DNA from: Podarcis liolepis
Taxonomy: Eukaryota
Assembly: GCA_965112155.1 (NCBI GenBank)
Contig: OZ218109.1
DNA: 64,000 nucleotides
Reading direction: 5' to 3' (one strand)
Every line of letters starts with the position of its first letter. The stretch's first letter is position 1. The translations under genes and the position numbers were made by a program. This document shows positions 60,512 through 64,000 of the stretch, piece after piece. A model generated the notes under the pieces. That model saw nothing but the letters and a program-made list of their open reading frames with translations, was not told the DNA's origin and did no database searches.

Positions 60512-63500
60512 GTTACCTCATGCTACCTTCCTCTGGGCTTTAATTGGAGTTTGGAGTGCCAGGAATAATGGCAAACAATAATAAGAAGCCCAGTGTTTTT
60601 ATTTTGAATGGAAGCTCTTCCATTTGAATTTCAAAATACACACCAATTTATTTAAAAGTACAAAAGATTACATTTGTATTGGTTGGTTGGTTGGTTTATT
60701 TGTTTGTTCCCCACACTTCACCCTAAGATCCTAGAGCAGGTTACAACATTAAAACACAAACAACAATATTAATAACAATGGACAGGTATTAGGTGCACAA
60801 TCGACAGCCTTCTTGCCTTCTCCTGCTTACAGGGAAAGGCCCAGTCAAGAATGTCATAGGGTTTTAAGAAGGTTCAGGCATTCAGGAAGCATGCAGAATT
60901 CAGATCAAGAGAAGAGTAGGGATGTCGGAGAATCCCAATGGAAATGGAAACAGAAATTGCCAATGTTTGTTTATTTGTCTCATGTCCAGAACAGAAATCA
61001 AGCCAGGGAGCATGATTGGTATTTACTATAATTACATGAATGACATAGTTTCAGCGAGATGAATAACAGCAGAACAGAAACAGCGCTGCATGTGATAAAT
61101 GGAGGGCAGAACAAAAAATGATGCCTTCTTATATTCCTACCAGATATGGCTTGTAGCAAGTAAGAAAGGACACCCACAATGCCTCTCAGCAACCTTAAGA
61201 GTAAAATAAGCCCATCAAAAAAAAAAAAAAACACCACAATTTTTTCTCTCCACTTTTATTTTTCGAATGCATTAACCCCCCCCCCACACACACACACCTC
61301 ATTAATTGATGGGGAATGGTCAGAGATAAAGAAACACAATATAAATGTTTGTCAGAACACTACTTCAAATAGTGTTACGCTTCAGAGTTTTGAAAACCTG
61401 GTTGTAGAGCTGTTTTAAAAATGCACTTTCCAGTCTCTAAAATCAACCTCTCTTTATGTAAATTGTGGAATATTGGAGAATAGCGTCTTTGTTGTAAGGA
61501 TTGATCAATCAAATGAGTTTGCTGTCAATGATCAAGTTCTTTGCCCAAAGCGCATATTCCTAGAGACTAGAACAATGAAATAACTTTGCTTCCTGCATTT
61601 ACAATTTTATTGTTTTTTCAATAATCGGCAAGGAAGCAGCATCTCATGTGCTCTTATGCTGGGTCTCTGGTGCACTTTTTTCTTGATGCTTAGTAATACT
61701 AAGAAAGCATGCCTTTAGAATGCCTGGCAATAACCATAATATTCTGAAATGCTTCCACCTTGTGGTCAGTTGAATACAAGTGGAACAACTGGGGGAATTG
61801 TTTCCGTGTACAACTTTCCCATTTATTATAATTATCAAAATAGTGAGCTCATGTTCTGTAGATAGTCTATATGTCACAAATACATTGCTTAGATTGTCCT
61901 CCAGTCTTAAATACTCCATGCAGCAGTGAGGTTTACTGAGATATACAAGATGTTCTTCCACATCATACAAGTATGGTTGAGGGAAGGGAGGGGTGAATCT
62001 CTCGGCTTTGGTTTCTCTCAATTTCTTATTTTTCCAATCTTAAACTTGGCTCTCCACATTTCCACAGCAGGTTGCAATTTTATTTTATTTTTTATTTTTT
62101 TAAAAAGTCATTGTGGAAATTCACCAGCATTTTAGTGAGAATTTCCCCTAACACAACATTTTATGTAGGCAATTTTGCCTAATCTACACATTGTTGAAAT
62201 GCCATGTTATCTAATAGTTCTTGTATGCTGATGTCAACTCCACTGATATATGCATCTTTATGCACACTTTAATCTATGCATTTTTGTACACATTACTCGG
62301 GTTGAGAAAAGCACAGCAAAAAATGGAGAGGTGTGAATTTCAAAAGATGGTTGTGTTTTGGTTCACGTATCGTTTTGGAAATTGCAAATTTGGCCAATTC
62401 TCCTTCAAACATGAACTGAGTTGAAATTTTCCCCCTTCTCTAGTTGAGGCGCTAACAGTCTCCTGAAAGCCCTGTGACTGCCCTAGGTATGGGGCTTCTG
62501 ACATGAGAATGCACCTGACAGTCAAACTAAGTTAGGAAGCTATGTATATTATGGTGATGATTCCTCATATGTCACACAGTGATTAAGTTAAAAAGAACCA
62601 TCATGCCTGAAGACTTACTATCTAAAGAACATAATAAGAAAAGGGGAAGAACAAAAAGGAGGCAGAGGAAGCAGAGAATCGGGGTCAAAAGAGAGATACA
62701 TTTTCAGAAATGAGATTTAGGTACAGTCAGATCTGGACCAGGTGCAGCAAATGTATGGCCAAATTAGGCCTTTGGCTAATTAAGCAATCTAAGGCCTCTT
62801 AAATTGATGGAGGATATCATTTTTGTTTGTTGATATGTGGTGTTTTTTGTGTTTTTATATTGTGAACCACTCTATGATCCTTGGATGAAGGGCAGTATAG
62901 ACATTAACAACAATAACAACATATTGCCCCCCAGATCATGCTCATTACTGATGGGAGTTGGAGTCCCAGAAGATCTAGGAGATTCATTGTGGCTTACCAT
63001 GAGGGAAATGGGGAGATGTGAAATAGTAGGAGGTCTGTATGGTGCAAACACATCAGCAGAGTCAATCCTTCACCCTCCTGGTAAACCACCTTCCAGGAAG
63101 CTAGTTTAACAGCGCCACTCTATGCGACAAGCCACTTCTGTTTAGGAATATGGCCTCCATTTACTATGGAACTACATCTTTAAAAGAACAGAAGTATTTA
63201 TTTTTCACATCTGTAAAAGCTGGCTATAGATTTACTGGGTTTCCTTTTCTAAAATAAATTTTCTTTGACCACTTCTCTTCCTGAAGAATTCGTTTCATTT
63301 CAAGAAATACAGAAGCTGCTCTTTCCCCCTAATCCTCTACTCTTCGTTGTAGGAAAAGAGTAATTTGGAGACCTAAGAACTGATGGTGTATCAGTGTTTT
63401 TTGGAACAATATCTCCTTTGCTACTGTTTCTTCACTCAGTCTAGCAGATCATTGATTTCTGTACAGGGACCATTGGAGGGGGAAAAATCCAATATTCTAT

Positions 63501-63957
63501 TAGACAAAGAAGGGGAACAGTGAGTCTGCTTCCCAGCTGAATTTGTGAGACAGTGTGTGGAAAAAGGTATTGCATTCCCCTCCCCACCTAGGCTGGGTTT
63601 GCTCTGGAAACAAGCACAAAAATGAGAGAGCCACAGCAAAGAGGAAACCCAGAGAAACACAAAGCAAAAGAACGTCCATGTGTGCACTGCTGTCCATGAG
63701 AGCATTTCTCACTAAGGCAGTAGACGCTCAGTATGTGCAGAAGGTTCCTCAAGGTAAGTGTTGAGGAATAATCAGAAGTGTCTACTTGTATGAAGCTCTG
63801 TATAAAGATCAGTATGTGATCTGTTGCTGCTTGGTCACAGATAAAGTGCTTCTTTCAGGAATATACCAGGAGCTACAAGACTGCAGTGCATCTTCATATT
63901 TTAATTGCATATTACTTTTATTAACATTATTACTACTACTGTTAATAGGCTTCCATA

Positions 63958-64000
63958 GTAAAGGTAAAGGGACCGTTGACCATTAGGTCCAGTCGTGGCC
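63958..64000 (-). mobile_element. Tail of a Sauria SINE at the window edge
   Basis: GTAAAGGTAAAGGGACC...TGACCATTAGGTCCAGTC is the reverse of 23620-23660. Confidence 0.8.

Overview
AT-rich vertebrate genomic DNA, almost certainly squamate (lizard-like), judged from Sauria/Squam1 SINEs, CORE SINEs, BovB, and L2/CR1/L1/Rex1 fragments. I cannot support any host protein-coding gene. Every recognisable ORF is a transposon remnant (L1 ORF2 C-terminus, CR1 RT, BovB RT, Rex1 RT, hAT dimerisation domain). The window looks like a large intron or gene desert: dense, often nested repeats separated by repeat-poor blocks that may be conserved non-coding elements, plus a 717-nt assembly gap. The most interesting signal is a family of three diverged ~0.8-kb non-coding elements: A (6496-7357, minus), B (45229-46024, plus) and C (50908-51719, plus). 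They share a terminal hairpin, asymmetric inverted repeats, insertion without a clear target-site duplication and an AATAAAGTTG(T/A)GGCC motif. They also share a ~450-nt fold whose helices covary between copies: a three-way junction with a U-rich internal loop, a GUUAAA-loop hairpin, and a long-range helix that brings the poly(A) signal near the U-rich loop. All alignments and pairings were read by eye, and family names come from recalled knowledge rather than database searches.
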